Shown here: positions 10,358 through 21,956 of the stretch, one piece after another
How the letters are laid out: the number at the start of each line of letters is the position of its first letter
Numbering within the stretch: position 1 is the first letter of the stretch
Virus record (IMG/VR): IMGVR_UViG_3300042507_005574
Length of the DNA stretch: 64,000 nucleotides
Strand: one strand, 5' to 3'
DNA from: a virus
The notes under the pieces: generated by a model
What the model saw: only the letters and a program-made list of their open reading frames with translations
Database searches by the model: none
Told to the model about the DNA's origin: nothing
Position numbers and translations under genes: made by a program

Positions 10358-12694
10358 ATGCCAAGTTGCGACCCATTTCGTCAAAACCACAGACGCTTCA
10401 TAGCAGATACTATATTGGATGAATATAGTGATTTATCCGATGAGAATTTTTTTCTCTGTATTGGAAAGGTAACCCCTTGGGGAATAACAGGATCTGATTT
10501 TCCCCCACAGTCAGTAGATTCCGTTCAAGATGAGACAAACTTTTGGCGGAATCTTATAGCAGCAAAAAGAATAAACAAATCTGATTGTTCTATGCTTGTT
10601 AGACGAATAGATTGGAATCCAGGAGAGATATATCAACCATATAGAAATGACATAGATTTATTTGATGATGTTGAGCCTGCTAGGTTTTATGTCTTGGTAG
10701 ACGAAGAGAGGGTTTATGTTTGTGTAGATAATAATCTTGGAAATCCCTCTACAGTTCCTCCAACTCACACGGACACGATTGTTCGTAAGTTGTCCGATGG
10801 GTATAGATGGAAGTTTCTCTATCAAGTACCTGAAAGCAAAAGAAAGTTTTTGACAAAATCTCGGACTGGAGCATTAGGTTATATTCCAGTTGAATTTGTA
10901 GAATTTCTTCGTGTAAATGATGATAGATTTTTGCAATGGGAAGTTCAAAATTCAGCAGTTGATGGCAAGATTGAATTTGCTTATATGGATGAAGCAGCAA
11001 AAGCATATTGGGTTAGTACATTATCATGCATACTTCCATCCAGTGCAAATTTAGTAACCTTGAACGCTGCTCCCGGTGCAACTACAGTTTATATTGCTGC
11101 TCCTGAGTTAACTCCTAATTCCGCTCTTTATAATGATATGATTATTTCATTTGACGGTGGACCCGGACAGGGACAGAGAAGACAGATTAAAGATTATACA
11201 TGGCAGGGAACTTCCGCAAAAATTTTTATAGATCCTTTAGTTTTAGGTTTATCCGGTACATCCGATCCCAACAAACAATCATATTTTAGCATTCAACCGA
11301 GAATTACAGTCAGAGGTGATGGTAAAGCATATGAAAACATCAATAACCCTGACATAAAAACTGCCGATTTTCAAATCAAATTTGGGGAGACTGCAAACAC
11401 AGACTTGGAATGTAGTGTTGTGTCACCAAGATATATTAAAAGTATTGAGATTGTAGATGGTGGAAAGAACTACACATTTGCCGAACTTGATATCCCTAAA
11501 GGATTAACTACATTAGTTTCTAACACACCATTTGAATATACAGATCTGAAAAAAGTTTTACACGCAGTTATACCGCCCCCCGGAGGTCATGGTGCTAATC
11601 CTCTCCGTGAACTTGGTGCAGCATCATTCATGATTGTTAAAAATTATGAAAGAGATGAAGACGGCAAAGTAGATACTGACAATGATTTTAGACAATTTGG
11701 TATTCTAAGAAATCCCATTTTGAGTGAGAAGCAAGTCAGAATTAAATTCAATCAGGCTGGCCTCAGCGGTTCGTTCACTGTTGGTGCAACTGCAATGCAG
11801 ATGACTGGTGCGTATGGTGCGCCTTATGGTAAGGTAGTCGAGTGGTGTCCTGGATATTCAGGTGTAACGGCGACTAGTGAATTAGTTCTTACGAATATTC
11901 GTGGGGGCACATTTGCTGCGGGTGCTACAATGTCAGGACTTACCATTTTCGATGTTGTTACGAAAACTGTTGCTGGCTCTGAGGCGAGGCACTTATTAAA
12001 TCTAACTCTGACACCTGAAAATGTAGAATTTTTATCTGTCGGTGGTGACTATAAGAGAAAGCATTTTGCACATGGGGTTGGAGATAGAAGGGTAAATATT
12101 CCACAGTCGAGAGCCTCCGGTGAAATTTGCAGTTGGCTTGCGTCTGGAGGAACACTTCTATATGGAACCTTGAAACTGGAAAATCCCAAAGGGAAATTCT
12201 ACATCGGTGAAACAGTTCTTCAGACAGAACCATATTTCTCGGGATCTAATGGATCTACGGGCCAAGGTAAAATTTATGCAATTGACACAGAAGTTTGCTG
12301 TTCACCCGCAACATACGATTTAACCACTTCTTTAACACTTTATGGTGAGGGTTTCGAAAACGATACTTTCTATAAAGATTCTTTTGTCTCTTTCCTGACA
12401 GGATCAACAGAGGGTAATGGATATATTGTTGATTGGAATCCCGTTACCGGAGGAACAAGTGGTGTTCTTCGTCTTGCAGGGGTTCAGGGTGATATAGTTA
12501 AAGGTCAATTAATCGATTACACCACTTTAGGGGCATCAGGAACTACCGTTACCATAAGTGGGTCAGTTCTTTCGGTGGATCACTCGGGAGAACTTAAATA
12601 TAGGTCTGGAGAAGTGCTATACATACAGAATATCAAACCTATACAAAGGGATTTGGAGCAGAGGGAAGAAATCAAACTTGTCATCGATTTCTAA
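10358..12694 (+). CDS. gp8: Baseplate wedge gp8 (long form)
   Basis: RRIDWNPG..Y..Y, FYVL..E.RVYVC.DN, DGYRWKFLY, PPGGHGANPLRELG, DNDFRQFGILRNP, SGEVLYIQN..PI.R..Q.EEIKLVI.F. Confidence 0.9.
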   Translation: MPSCDPFRQNHRRFIADTILDEYSDLSDENFFLCIGKVTPWGITGSDFPPQSVDSVQDETNFWRNLIAAKRINKSDCSMLVRRIDWNPGEIYQPYRNDIDLFDDVEPARFYVLVDEERVYVCVDNNLGNPSTVPPTHTDTIVRKLSDGYRWKFLYQVPESKRKFLTKSRTGALGYIPVEFVEFLRVNDDRFLQWEVQNSAVDGKIEFAYMDEAAKAYWVSTLSCILPSSANLVTLNAAPGATTVYIAAPELTPNSALYNDMIISFDGGPGQGQRRQIKDYTWQGTSAKIFIDPLVLGLSGTSDPNKQSYFSIQPRITVRGDGKAYENINNPDIKTADFQIKFGETANTDLECSVVSPRYIKSIEIVDGGKNYTFAELDIPKGLTTLVSNTPFEYTDLKKVLHAVIPPPGGHGANPLRELGAASFMIVKNYERDEDGKVDTDNDFRQFGILRNPILSEKQVRIKFNQAGLSGSFTVGATAMQMTGAYGAPYGKVVEWCPGYSGVTATSELVLTNIRGGTFAAGATMSGLTIFDVVTKTVAGSEARHLLNLTLTPENVEFLSVGGDYKRKHFAHGVGDRRVNIPQSRASGEICSWLASGGTLLYGTLKLENPKGKFYIGETVLQTEPYFSGSNGSTGQGKIYAIDTEVCCSPATYDLTTSLTLYGEGFENDTFYKDSFVSFLTGSTEGNGYIVDWNPVTGGTSGVLRLAGVQGDIVKGQLIDYTTLGASGTTVTISGSVLSVDHSGELKYRSGEVLYIQNIKPIQRDLEQREEIKLVIDF

Positions 12695-12709
12695 TAAGTA
12701 AGGTAAAAA

Positions 12710-15700
12710 ATGCCATCATATATTCCAGAACTATTCAATACTGACCCTTATTACGATGATTTTAGCGAGAGCAAAAAGTTTCTTCGTATTATGTTTAGAC
12801 CAGGATTTGGTGTTCAAGGTCGTGAACTAACCCAACTTCAAACAATCTTACAGAATCAGATTGAAAGATTCGGTAATCATGTCTTCGAAGAAGGGAGCAT
12901 GGTTTTAGATGGTAAGATAACAGTTAATAGTTTGAGATTTGCCCGTGTTTCGGGGCTGTCGGGAACAAATGATGTTTCTGATTTTCTCGGTACGATAATT
13001 TCTGCTGGAGGCAAGGCTAAGGCTAAAATTGTTCATACTGAGAATGGGTACACGGCATCATCGATTGACAATATTCCAGTAGTATTTTTTGAATACTTAG
13101 AAGGCGGAACCGCTTTTGCTTGGGGCGATTACATTGGCGGAACGGCAGGAAATGGAACATATGTTGTCGCTAGCATTACAGGAGCAACATCAGGAGTTGT
13201 TCCTCCAACCGGAACGGCATTAGTTGTTTCTGTAGATAGCGGAGTTCGCTTCACAGAAGGATTTTTTGTACTGAATGATGCACAGTCTATCGGTGCTTAT
13301 TCGCTTTCTGGTTCTGCTGGGTCTCAAGTTAGAATGTACGGATCGCCTACGACAAGAGTCGGTTTAAATGTCGTAAAGGGATTTGTTCAAGCGGAAGAAG
13401 ATACATCGCTAAATGACCCCGCATTTGGATCTTACAATTACAACGCACCAGGCGCAGATAGATTCAAAATTGATCTCAATATAGTTCAATATGGATTTAC
13501 TGCGGCAAATACAAGTGCAACTGACAACTTCTCACGAAAAGACTTCATAGAATTTTTACGATTAGTTAATGGGAGTCCAATTAAGATAGAGAAGTATCCT
13601 GATTACGCTGTTCTAGAGGATACATTAGCAAGAAGAACATATGACGAGTCTGGAAACTATACAGTTCGTCCATTTGAACTGAACATGGTAGATGGACCTG
13701 GCATCAGCGGTGATGGTGCTACCGCAAATCTTTTTGCAGATTTAGAACCAGGAAAAGCATATATTTTTGGATATGAGTTTGAAACTCAAGGAATAACAAG
13801 ACTTCCTATCAATACAGCCAGAGATGCTGCACATGTCAGAACAATAACTGACAAATATTTCAATAGATCTTTAGGTCCATATTGCAGAGTTCAATTTACA
13901 AATATTGCAAGTTCTTTGACTGGAATTGCATTTGATGACGAGCAACTTGTCTATCTTGGTAGAGGCATTTCAGGTGCTGCAAGAGATCAGATAGGCACAG
14001 CAAGATTGCGTTGGATAGAACCTTATAGTGTTGCCAATAGTGTCTATAATTTACATCTTTTCAATGTTGAAATGTCTGGAACCGCATCGTTTGACGATGT
14101 GACTAGAATTCATCACGCATCTTCGGGGACAGCACATGCATTTTCAGTTACTGGAAATGATGGTTTAATCAACCTACAGAATAGTAATCTTCTGTTTGAA
14201 TATCCAACGGGAACAAGAGGTAAAACAGTAACTGATGCTAATTATTCAATCGCAGGCTTCTTTGAAGTGACACTAGGGGCAGGAAACTTCCCCTCCGTCG
14301 GATCAAATGGTTCAAGAGGTGTTGTCAACATCACTGATTACACTGCAAGTGCGACTGATGTTGCATTCTCTGTTCCACAAGACTATACGGTTTTGCCAGA
14401 TGAAGATGTCATGGCATTCACTAGAAGTGGATTGCCAATTGGTGGGACTGCCTACAGAAGAAATGACCAAGAACTTGATCTGACTTTAACGGGACCAGGA
14501 GTTATATCTGGAGAAAAGGTGTATATCGTAACATCAATCGATGTCCGTGCGCTTGATTACCCTGATCTTCGTAGAAATAAGACTGTCGTAACCGAAAATA
14601 TTGGATTTACTGCTGCTGGCGGATTTACTGGAATATTTTCTGGATTAACAACAGATCAATACAATAACAGTGTTCTGTATCTTGCAGGAAAAGTGGATGT
14701 TTTTGATATCATATCTGTTACAGGAGTCAAAGACACAACAACACAACTAAAGCAATACTTCACATTTGACAATGGACAAAGAGATAATTTGTATGATTGG
14801 TCTAGACTGAGTTTATTGGCGGGAGTCACTGGAGTTACAGGTCCATTCCAAGCAACGATAAAGAGATATGAGAGATCTGGAAATCGTGGACCATTCATAG
14901 TTGATTCCTATCCTTCTCCATACTCTGATATTCCAAAATATTCTAGTAGAACAACTGGAAAGATATATGATCTAGCAGATGTGATCGACTTTAGACCTGA
15001 TCGTGGTTCAAGTGGTAATGTCGTTGGTTATCCTTGGTTCCCAATCAATACTGCTGCAAACGATCAACTTTTCTCGTATCAACACTATCTTCCAAGAACA
15101 GACAAAATTGTTTTGAATAGAGATAGAACATTCTCAGTAATTAGTGGAGTTCCGAGTCTTGATGCTCAATCTCCACCTGATGATCCGAATGCAATGACAC
15201 TCTACTCAGTTACGGTGAATCCATATACATTCGATAAGAAAGATGTGTCTATTAGATTCGTGGAAAATAAGCGTTACACGATGCGTGATATCGGTGAACT
15301 GGAAAAGAGAATAGAAGCAGTAGAATACTATACAACATTGACGCTTCTTGAACAAGAGGCAAAATCCATATCGATTGTCGATGACAGCAATATTGAAATT
15401 CCTAAGAAGGGTATTTTAGTCGATCAATTCAAGGGACACAATATTGGTGATGTCACCAACTCAATGTATGCTGCATCTGTAGATTTTGAGAAGAATGAAC
15501 TTCGTCCTCCATTTGTTTCTCGGGTTTTTGCGCTCACGGGGCCATCAGAAATCTCAGGACTGACAACTTCGGGTGACGGAATCGTGACTTTGAACTATAC
15601 GACACAGGCAGAAATAGTTCAGCCTCTCACTACAAGAACATATACAATTAACCCATCAAATGTTTTCAATTACCTTGGCTCTCTGATGCTGTCTCCTTCT

Positions 15701-17659
15701 TGTGATTTCTGGTTTGACACAGGAATTACTCCATCAGTAAAGGTCAATGTTGATGGTGAAAATGATGCTTGGCAATCAGGCGATGGTTTCGGTACACAAT
15801 GGAACGATTGGGAATCAATTTGGTATGGTCGTGAAGTTGCTAATGAGGTCAATACAAAACAAAATATTGTTGACACGAAGAATTCAGTGGTTGCAGGAAC
15901 TAAAGGTCTCAGTTTAGGAAACACATTTAAGTCTGGTGTTCCCGAAGGGATAAAGAGAAAGTCTATCTCTAAAGTCATCCGAAAAGATGTCGTTCCTTAT
16001 ATGCGAGACAAAACAATAACAATGAATGCGTATGGCCTAAAGCCAAATACTAAATTCTATGTGTTTGTTGATGATGTTGATATCACAGCATATTGCACAG
16101 GTGGTTCACAAATCACAAGTGAAAAGGGTGAGATCAGTAATCTGAAATATATTATGAGTCAGGATGTGGAAAATGAGTTCTTAACTGGCCGTAGAGTTTT
16201 CAGAATCACCGACAGTAGTACTAATACTGTCTCTGAGACAACTATGGCCGCTGACGCTATTTTCAATTCATCGGGAAGTATTGATACTTTACCCGAAGAT
16301 GAGATACTCTCAACTCGCTCTGCTATTGTTCGTCGTAGATCGACAAAGTCGAATAAAATTCAGTCTAACTTGACAGAGTTATTATCTACAGATTTCTTCG
16401 GTTATACCGAGCCAATGAGCCAGACTTTCTTTGTGGATCCTGTTAAGTATCCCGATGGTGTGTTTGTGAAAACCGTTGGCGTTGCATTTGCAGGAAAAGA
16501 TAGTGATCCAAATTCTGCGATTACTCTTATGATAAAGCCAACCCAAAGTGGATATCCACACCCCTCAAAGGTGATGCCATTTGGACAAAGGACTCTGTAT
16601 TCTTCAAGTATTACAACAACGGAAGACGGATCTACAGAAACAACATTCGATTTCTCAAGTCCAGTTTATCTTCTTCCGGGTAGAGAGTATGCAATTGCTA
16701 TTGCAACGAATAGTAGTGATTATATTGTTTTCGGTGCGTCTATCGGTAGTGATCTAATTCGTCTTAGTGAAGGTGACCCAATACAAAAGGCAACTAAACA
16801 ACCCGCAATACGCAGCATATTCTTGCCGCAAAATACAGGCAGTCTTTCGAAGAAAGAAACAGATTCCTTAAAATTCTCAGTATATCTTTGCAAATTCTCG
16901 CCGCAGTCTGGATATGTGAAATACGAAAATAATCATGAATCTTATGGATCTGACACTAAGTTCGATCTCATGAGAATCAATATGAACTATATTTCACCAT
17001 CAAACACTTCGACCACATTTAGTGAAAGAGGGTTGTTAGGTGACATTGGCGGTTCTTTCATCGCTGCTCAAGCAAATAAAAATTTGAATCGTCCAACTAC
17101 AAGATCAACGAGAAACATGGGGACAGGTAAATTCTCAGAAGTTAGAGCAAATATGATCGGAAATGCTTATGTTTCTCCTTCTCTTGATGTGGAAACATCG
17201 CACTATCTTGTAGTTGAAAATAAAGTAAATAATAACTTCGTTGTCGCTACCAATCGTGAATTGTTCCCTAATAATCTGGGCGCAACAGCACCTAGCGAAG
17301 CAAGATACATCACTAAACAAGTAACTCTTGAGCCAGGATTTGAGGCAACAAATGTTCATGTTCAGATGTCTCTCTGTAATCCATACGATTCATCTATTCA
17401 GGTGTTTGTGAGACCACTTCCTGTTGGGGAAGGTGATTTTAGTAGTATTGGTTACACTCAATTGAATACTACTGACTCAGGATATTCACAAAATTCTGAT
17501 GAGTTCAGAGAAGTGCTTTATACGAGTGACGGATTGGGACTCTCTAAATTTAGGGCGTTCGCCATAAAGATTGTAATGTATTCGTCATGCACATCGACTT
17601 TACCAAGCGATCCGAGATCTCTACCAAGAATTAGAAATCTAAGATTGGTGGCTACATGA
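12710..17659 (+). CDS. Large virion structural protein, VrlC/DUF4815-like
   Basis: NTDPYYDDF, FRPGFGVQGRELTQLQTILQNQIERFG.HVF.EG, APGADRFKI, LARRTYDESGNY.V.PF, NKRYTMRDIG.LEKRI..VEYYT.L.LLE, F..FAIKIVM. Confidence 0.88.
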   Translation: MPSYIPELFNTDPYYDDFSESKKFLRIMFRPGFGVQGRELTQLQTILQNQIERFGNHVFEEGSMVLDGKITVNSLRFARVSGLSGTNDVSDFLGTIISAGGKAKAKIVHTENGYTASSIDNIPVVFFEYLEGGTAFAWGDYIGGTAGNGTYVVASITGATSGVVPPTGTALVVSVDSGVRFTEGFFVLNDAQSIGAYSLSGSAGSQVRMYGSPTTRVGLNVVKGFVQAEEDTSLNDPAFGSYNYNAPGADRFKIDLNIVQYGFTAANTSATDNFSRKDFIEFLRLVNGSPIKIEKYPDYAVLEDTLARRTYDESGNYTVRPFELNMVDGPGISGDGATANLFADLEPGKAYIFGYEFETQGITRLPINTARDAAHVRTITDKYFNRSLGPYCRVQFTNIASSLTGIAFDDEQLVYLGRGISGAARDQIGTARLRWIEPYSVANSVYNLHLFNVEMSGTASFDDVTRIHHASSGTAHAFSVTGNDGLINLQNSNLLFEYPTGTRGKTVTDANYSIAGFFEVTLGAGNFPSVGSNGSRGVVNITDYTASATDVAFSVPQDYTVLPDEDVMAFTRSGLPIGGTAYRRNDQELDLTLTGPGVISGEKVYIVTSIDVRALDYPDLRRNKTVVTENIGFTAAGGFTGIFSGLTTDQYNNSVLYLAGKVDVFDIISVTGVKDTTTQLKQYFTFDNGQRDNLYDWSRLSLLAGVTGVTGPFQATIKRYERSGNRGPFIVDSYPSPYSDIPKYSSRTTGKIYDLADVIDFRPDRGSSGNVVGYPWFPINTAANDQLFSYQHYLPRTDKIVLNRDRTFSVISGVPSLDAQSPPDDPNAMTLYSVTVNPYTFDKKDVSIRFVENKRYTMRDIGELEKRIEAVEYYTTLTLLEQEAKSISIVDDSNIEIPKKGILVDQFKGHNIGDVTNSMYAASVDFEKNELRPPFVSRVFALTGPSEISGLTTSGDGIVTLNYTTQAEIVQPLTTRTYTINPSNVFNYLGSLMLSPSCDFWFDTGITPSVKVNVDGENDAWQSGDGFGTQWNDWESIWYGREVANEVNTKQNIVDTKNSVVAGTKGLSLGNTFKSGVPEGIKRKSISKVIRKDVVPYMRDKTITMNAYGLKPNTKFYVFVDDVDITAYCTGGSQITSEKGEISNLKYIMSQDVENEFLTGRRVFRITDSSTNTVSETTMAADAIFNSSGSIDTLPEDEILSTRSAIVRRRSTKSNKIQSNLTELLSTDFFGYTEPMSQTFFVDPVKYPDGVFVKTVGVAFAGKDSDPNSAITLMIKPTQSGYPHPSKVMPFGQRTLYSSSITTTEDGSTETTFDFSSPVYLLPGREYAIAIATNSSDYIVFGASIGSDLIRLSEGDPIQKATKQPAIRSIFLPQNTGSLSKKETDSLKFSVYLCKFSPQSGYVKYENNHESYGSDTKFDLMRINMNYISPSNTSTTFSERGLLGDIGGSFIAAQANKNLNRPTTRSTRNMGTGKFSEVRANMIGNAYVSPSLDVETSHYLVVENKVNNNFVVATNRELFPNNLGATAPSEARYITKQVTLEPGFEATNVHVQMSLCNPYDSSIQVFVRPLPVGEGDFSSIGYTQLNTTDSGYSQNSDEFREVLYTSDGLGLSKFRAFAIKIVMYSSCTSTLPSDPRSLPRIRNLRLVAT

Positions 17660-17853
17660 AAGTACCCGTTAAAAATAACAAAATGGTTCGGGATACAAAA
17701 ACCAATGCCATTCTCTCAGTCGATATTGATGCCATTAAGGCATACGAAGAGAAGAGAAGAAAGATTCAGACCGAAAGAGATAGACTAAATAGGCTAGAAC
17801 TAGAGGTATTGGAACTTCGTTCCATCATAGATCAATTAAGGAATAAGCCATAA
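17656..17853 (+). CDS. Small coiled-coil protein typically following VrlC-like genes
   Basis: RDTKTNAIL...Y...RL..LE.EV.ELR pattern; ATGA/TAATG coupling with neighbours. Confidence 0.75.
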   Translation: MKVPVKNNKMVRDTKTNAILSVDIDAIKAYEEKRRKIQTERDRLNRLELEVLELRSIIDQLRNKP

Positions 17854-20800
17854 TGTCCTGCACATGTACCGGCAACTGCGACCTAATTAATATTTCAAAT
17901 TTAGTCCTATCGGACACATTTCATACATGGTACGATAGAACAAATGAGATAATTGATGCTATAAATCCACTACAAATCTATGATGTTAATGTTGGGCAAA
18001 CTGATGGTGGTTTGACTTTAAATTCAACTTGCGTGAATGGTGACACAAACGGTGTCATTACTTTGAAAGTATGGCCTGGACCCGGAATTGGTGTCGGTAC
18101 AACATTAACTCCAAATTACTATCTAAACCACACGATGATAGATGTGTCAAACATGTTGACACTCGGCGTGACGGGTTTCTCAGATGCGATTGTAGCAAAT
18201 AGATCACTAACATCATTCCCGAACATAAACGACTGGTTTATAGTCAGTGATACTCTTGATAATAGACTTGGTTCGGGTGCAGGAACTCCTAAGAGAATTA
18301 GCGCACAGCACATTCTGCCCCCAACTGTCTATTTGCCTCCTGGATTTCAATTCAATGGTAATGTCAGTATAAATGGAAATTTGAGTGTTCAAGGTACTGC
18401 ATCAAATGTCGATTCAAATGATCTTCGTATAGAAGATAAAGTAATTGAACTTGCATACCATAGAATCGTTGCTATCGATGTCACTGGTCCAACATATGGG
18501 GGATTCCCCGCACAAGGTGCTACCTTCTATTATTATGATCCTGGAGTGACTAATCCAACTGATTACACCACTAGTGGTCAAGTTAGTGAAGTAAATTTCT
18601 ATCCATCGTTTACAACACTAAAATTACATAACTTTGTTTTTGGTGGAGTAAATGATATTGTATCGGGAGGCAGTATCAGCATCACGGGAACTGTTCTTGA
18701 TTTCTCAATGATTGCTGGACCAACTACTACTGAAAATTTCTATGGTGATATTGAGTTGGATGAAGCGGGGATAAGAGTTCGTGGTTCGGATAGTGATAAA
18801 CACTTCATATGGGTTTATGAGCAAGGACCATATCAAGAAGTAGTGAATACATTCATGGCAGACACCAATCTTGGTGTCAGCGGCACAGATTTACACATTT
18901 ATTCTTCAAGATTTAAGGCATTTGGTTACTACGACCCAGATGTTGCGGCTTACAAAGATGATTATAATGATAAGTTCCATTTCATCGGCCATGAAGGAGC
19001 AAATACTTCAATAAGACTCGGTGGATTGGGTACAGGAGGATCTTTAGATGCTCCGTATGGATATTGGGGTATTACAAGATATAACTACGGTTCTACGGGT
19101 TCACAGCAGCCTCTTGTATTCTCTTTCAAACAGAGTTTAAATCACGGGGAACAAGACAAATTCACGATTTGGTCGGGAGCATCGGGTCCACAATATCCTT
19201 ACATCACAGGACCAACGGGACAAAGTGATAATGCAATAGACCATTTTGCACAAAGACTGAATGTCGATTTCTTAGATGGTGCACACGGCACTACGATGCC
19301 AACGCCATTCAGCATTCCTGTTGCAAGAGCAAGTGGAACGATTGATCCAGGCTGGATTGACTTCGATAATTCATCAATCGGTAAGTGTTACTCTGTAACT
19401 GCTCATAGTTTTGTAATTGGTGATGTTGTAAGACTTGATCCGGATAATTTAACAATAACTGGTGCGATTGCAACGAGTCCTGAAAATGCAGAAGTATTGG
19501 GTATCGTTAGTAGAGTTGTGAATGCTAATAATTTCTGTGTTACGACTAAAGGATACATATCAGGTCTTACTGGTACTGCATCTTCAAGAATCGCATCGAT
19601 TCTTCCATTGGCACCCGGAAATGCATACTTTTTGAGTGCAGACAATGTTCGTGGAATGATTGCTGATCCTGATGGTGGGGCAAGTCAACTCCAACTTGGT
19701 GAAATTCGTAAGCCACTTATAGTTGCACTCGGTCCAGATAGTGCCTATGTTCACAATTATCTTGGTGCTGTATTTGGTGGAATTCCAAGTGGAGGCGGTG
19801 CAGGCGCAACAGGAACGCTGAGTGATGTTGTTGATATTCAAGGTCTGATGCCGGTAGGGATCATACAGCCTTTTAGTGGAGAAATTGAATATATTCCATC
19901 AGGGTGGTTGCTATGTGATGGTAGAAGACTCGAAAAATCATTGTGGACAGAACTGCATACCGCTATTGGGCAGAAGTTCTATGCTGATGGGACATTGAAT
20001 AGTTCTTATAACCCTAATGTTGGGGGTAATGTTCCGATAGATATTGCAGGATGGAATCGTGGACTTTTAGTGAATGATGCAGTTACTGTCGAGGCAACTG
20101 TAGGTGGAGTCCTGAGAGAATCGGACACATTTGTTACATCTGTAAATGGAACAACTGTAAGTTTTGACGAAAACACATTTGCATATGAAACTTTCAATGG
20201 AGCAACTTCGTTTAGAATTAGAGGTAGACTAAAGACTCCATCTGAAAGTTATACAAGCGTTTTCTTTATTCCCGACTTACGCCGTAGAATTCTTGTTGGT
20301 GCAACTAAAGGTCTGACAGGTTCCCTTACACCGAGTATTTCTGTCGGTGATATTGGTGGAACGAATCAAGTTACTCTGTCTGCTGCAAATATTCCACCGC
20401 ATGAGCATAGACTAACATCTGCATCTATCAATACTGGTTTAGACGCTGAAATCGGAGTTGGTTTTGGTCAACCAACTTCGGACAGTACTGTTGATACTTA
20501 CTTTACTGCCCGTGGCCCTCTAGGGGTAAGTACAGCACAGCCATTCGATAACATGCAAGAGTATGTTACTGTTCATTGGATTATTCGTGCACAGAAGGGT
20601 CTTAGTGCAATTATCCTTACAGGACATAATCATGATGATCGTTATGTTCGCTACGATAGTTCACAGACAGTCACATCCTCACAAAGAAATACATTTAGAT
20701 CAAATGCACATGTTTTGAGTGATGGATCTGACGGTGGGGCAACATTCGCAAATAGACTCACCATAACAGGTGGTGCCGTCATAGGTGACAATGGTTCTTC

Positions 20801-21953
20801 ACTATTGATTGTTCGATCAGGAGCCTCATTTGGCGGCGGTGCGACATTTAATGATGTCAGTATAGTGAAATATCCGTTCTCATCGGGTGGGTTGACTCAC
20901 AAGGGAGTCATCAGTTCTGACAATATCAGTAACTATACAAGATGGTCTATTCGTGGAAATCCATATTCTGAAGCATCAAATGGATATGGTGATCTTCTAG
21001 TTGAAAGTGGTTGGTCTGGTTCTTCTTGGAACACACTTTCAACTGTTATTGCACCTATGAGTCAGGCTGCGATTAAAGTTCGTGGCGGAACCATTGGTAC
21101 TTCTTCCATTGCAATTTTCAATGACAACGCTCTTGGTGCAACTAATGATGCTTGCTCTCTTTTAATGTATGGGAAGGGAACTGCATCTGACGATGTAAAT
21201 GAGGTAAAGTTCTCCTCTGGAATTAGAGGCAGAATTGATCGTGCAGAAACTTCAAGTACGATTACTAGGAAATTTAGTATTGTTCTTGGTGGTGGATCTT
21301 CGCCAAATGCCGCAGAAGATGTTTTCACTTTCACAAGAAAGGATAGTACACCTGCAACTGTTGACATTAACATTCCTAAGGGACTTGCTACTATAACTAG
21401 CCCGTCATCTTATGTTGTTCTTGATTCAAATAACAATTTGAAGAAAGTTACCACAGTAGTAAGTGCACCAAATATACCAGGAGCCTCTAATACGCTGACA
21501 GGTGCTGCATCATTTGACAGTAGACATTTCCAAATCGGTTCTACGGGACATGTGGTCAGTAAGATTACGGTTAATGGGCAAATTCCTGATAGTGATGGAA
21601 ATATTACTATTGATATACCAACACCAACAACATCATTTGGTGTTAAGGCACACGGTTCATATCAATTAAATGGGAGTACTATTAGTACGATAGTATCGGG
21701 GAATCTTTCATTCAGTATACCTACTGGTGGTCAAATTGGAAGAGTGCGATGTACATTCACCACGCCTATGACTAATACTAATTACACTGTAGTTGTAACT
21801 CCTCTCCGTCCGGCTAATTGGGGATCTTCACAAATTGTTAATTCAGCCATGGGAGTTTGGCAAGGATCTAAGACAATAACTCATTTTGATTTGATTGCAG
21901 ATTCAACTTTTAGTCCAGGACCAAATTCATCCGAAGTGGTGGTTATAGGATAA
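17853..21953 (+). CDS. Tail fibre protein with tail-collar domain
   Basis: LSDTFHTWYDRTN N-terminus, IEDKVIELA, DFLDGAH, MPVGII.PF.G..IPSGWLLCDG...FFIPDLR...WIIRA collar, C-terminal FTTPMTNTNYTVV. Confidence 0.8.
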   Translation: MSCTCTGNCDLINISNLVLSDTFHTWYDRTNEIIDAINPLQIYDVNVGQTDGGLTLNSTCVNGDTNGVITLKVWPGPGIGVGTTLTPNYYLNHTMIDVSNMLTLGVTGFSDAIVANRSLTSFPNINDWFIVSDTLDNRLGSGAGTPKRISAQHILPPTVYLPPGFQFNGNVSINGNLSVQGTASNVDSNDLRIEDKVIELAYHRIVAIDVTGPTYGGFPAQGATFYYYDPGVTNPTDYTTSGQVSEVNFYPSFTTLKLHNFVFGGVNDIVSGGSISITGTVLDFSMIAGPTTTENFYGDIELDEAGIRVRGSDSDKHFIWVYEQGPYQEVVNTFMADTNLGVSGTDLHIYSSRFKAFGYYDPDVAAYKDDYNDKFHFIGHEGANTSIRLGGLGTGGSLDAPYGYWGITRYNYGSTGSQQPLVFSFKQSLNHGEQDKFTIWSGASGPQYPYITGPTGQSDNAIDHFAQRLNVDFLDGAHGTTMPTPFSIPVARASGTIDPGWIDFDNSSIGKCYSVTAHSFVIGDVVRLDPDNLTITGAIATSPENAEVLGIVSRVVNANNFCVTTKGYISGLTGTASSRIASILPLAPGNAYFLSADNVRGMIADPDGGASQLQLGEIRKPLIVALGPDSAYVHNYLGAVFGGIPSGGGAGATGTLSDVVDIQGLMPVGIIQPFSGEIEYIPSGWLLCDGRRLEKSLWTELHTAIGQKFYADGTLNSSYNPNVGGNVPIDIAGWNRGLLVNDAVTVEATVGGVLRESDTFVTSVNGTTVSFDENTFAYETFNGATSFRIRGRLKTPSESYTSVFFIPDLRRRILVGATKGLTGSLTPSISVGDIGGTNQVTLSAANIPPHEHRLTSASINTGLDAEIGVGFGQPTSDSTVDTYFTARGPLGVSTAQPFDNMQEYVTVHWIIRAQKGLSAIILTGHNHDDRYVRYDSSQTVTSSQRNTFRSNAHVLSDGSDGGATFANRLTITGGAVIGDNGSSLLIVRSGASFGGGATFNDVSIVKYPFSSGGLTHKGVISSDNISNYTRWSIRGNPYSEASNGYGDLLVESGWSGSSWNTLSTVIAPMSQAAIKVRGGTIGTSSIAIFNDNALGATNDACSLLMYGKGTASDDVNEVKFSSGIRGRIDRAETSSTITRKFSIVLGGGSSPNAAEDVFTFTRKDSTPATVDINIPKGLATITSPSSYVVLDSNNNLKKVTTVVSAPNIPGASNTLTGAASFDSRHFQIGSTGHVVSKITVNGQIPDSDGNITIDIPTPTTSFGVKAHGSYQLNGSTISTIVSGNLSFSIPTGGQIGRVRCTFTTPMTNTNYTVVVTPLRPANWGSSQIVNSAMGVWQGSKTITHFDLIADSTFSPGPNSSEVVVIG

Positions 21954-21956
21954 GTT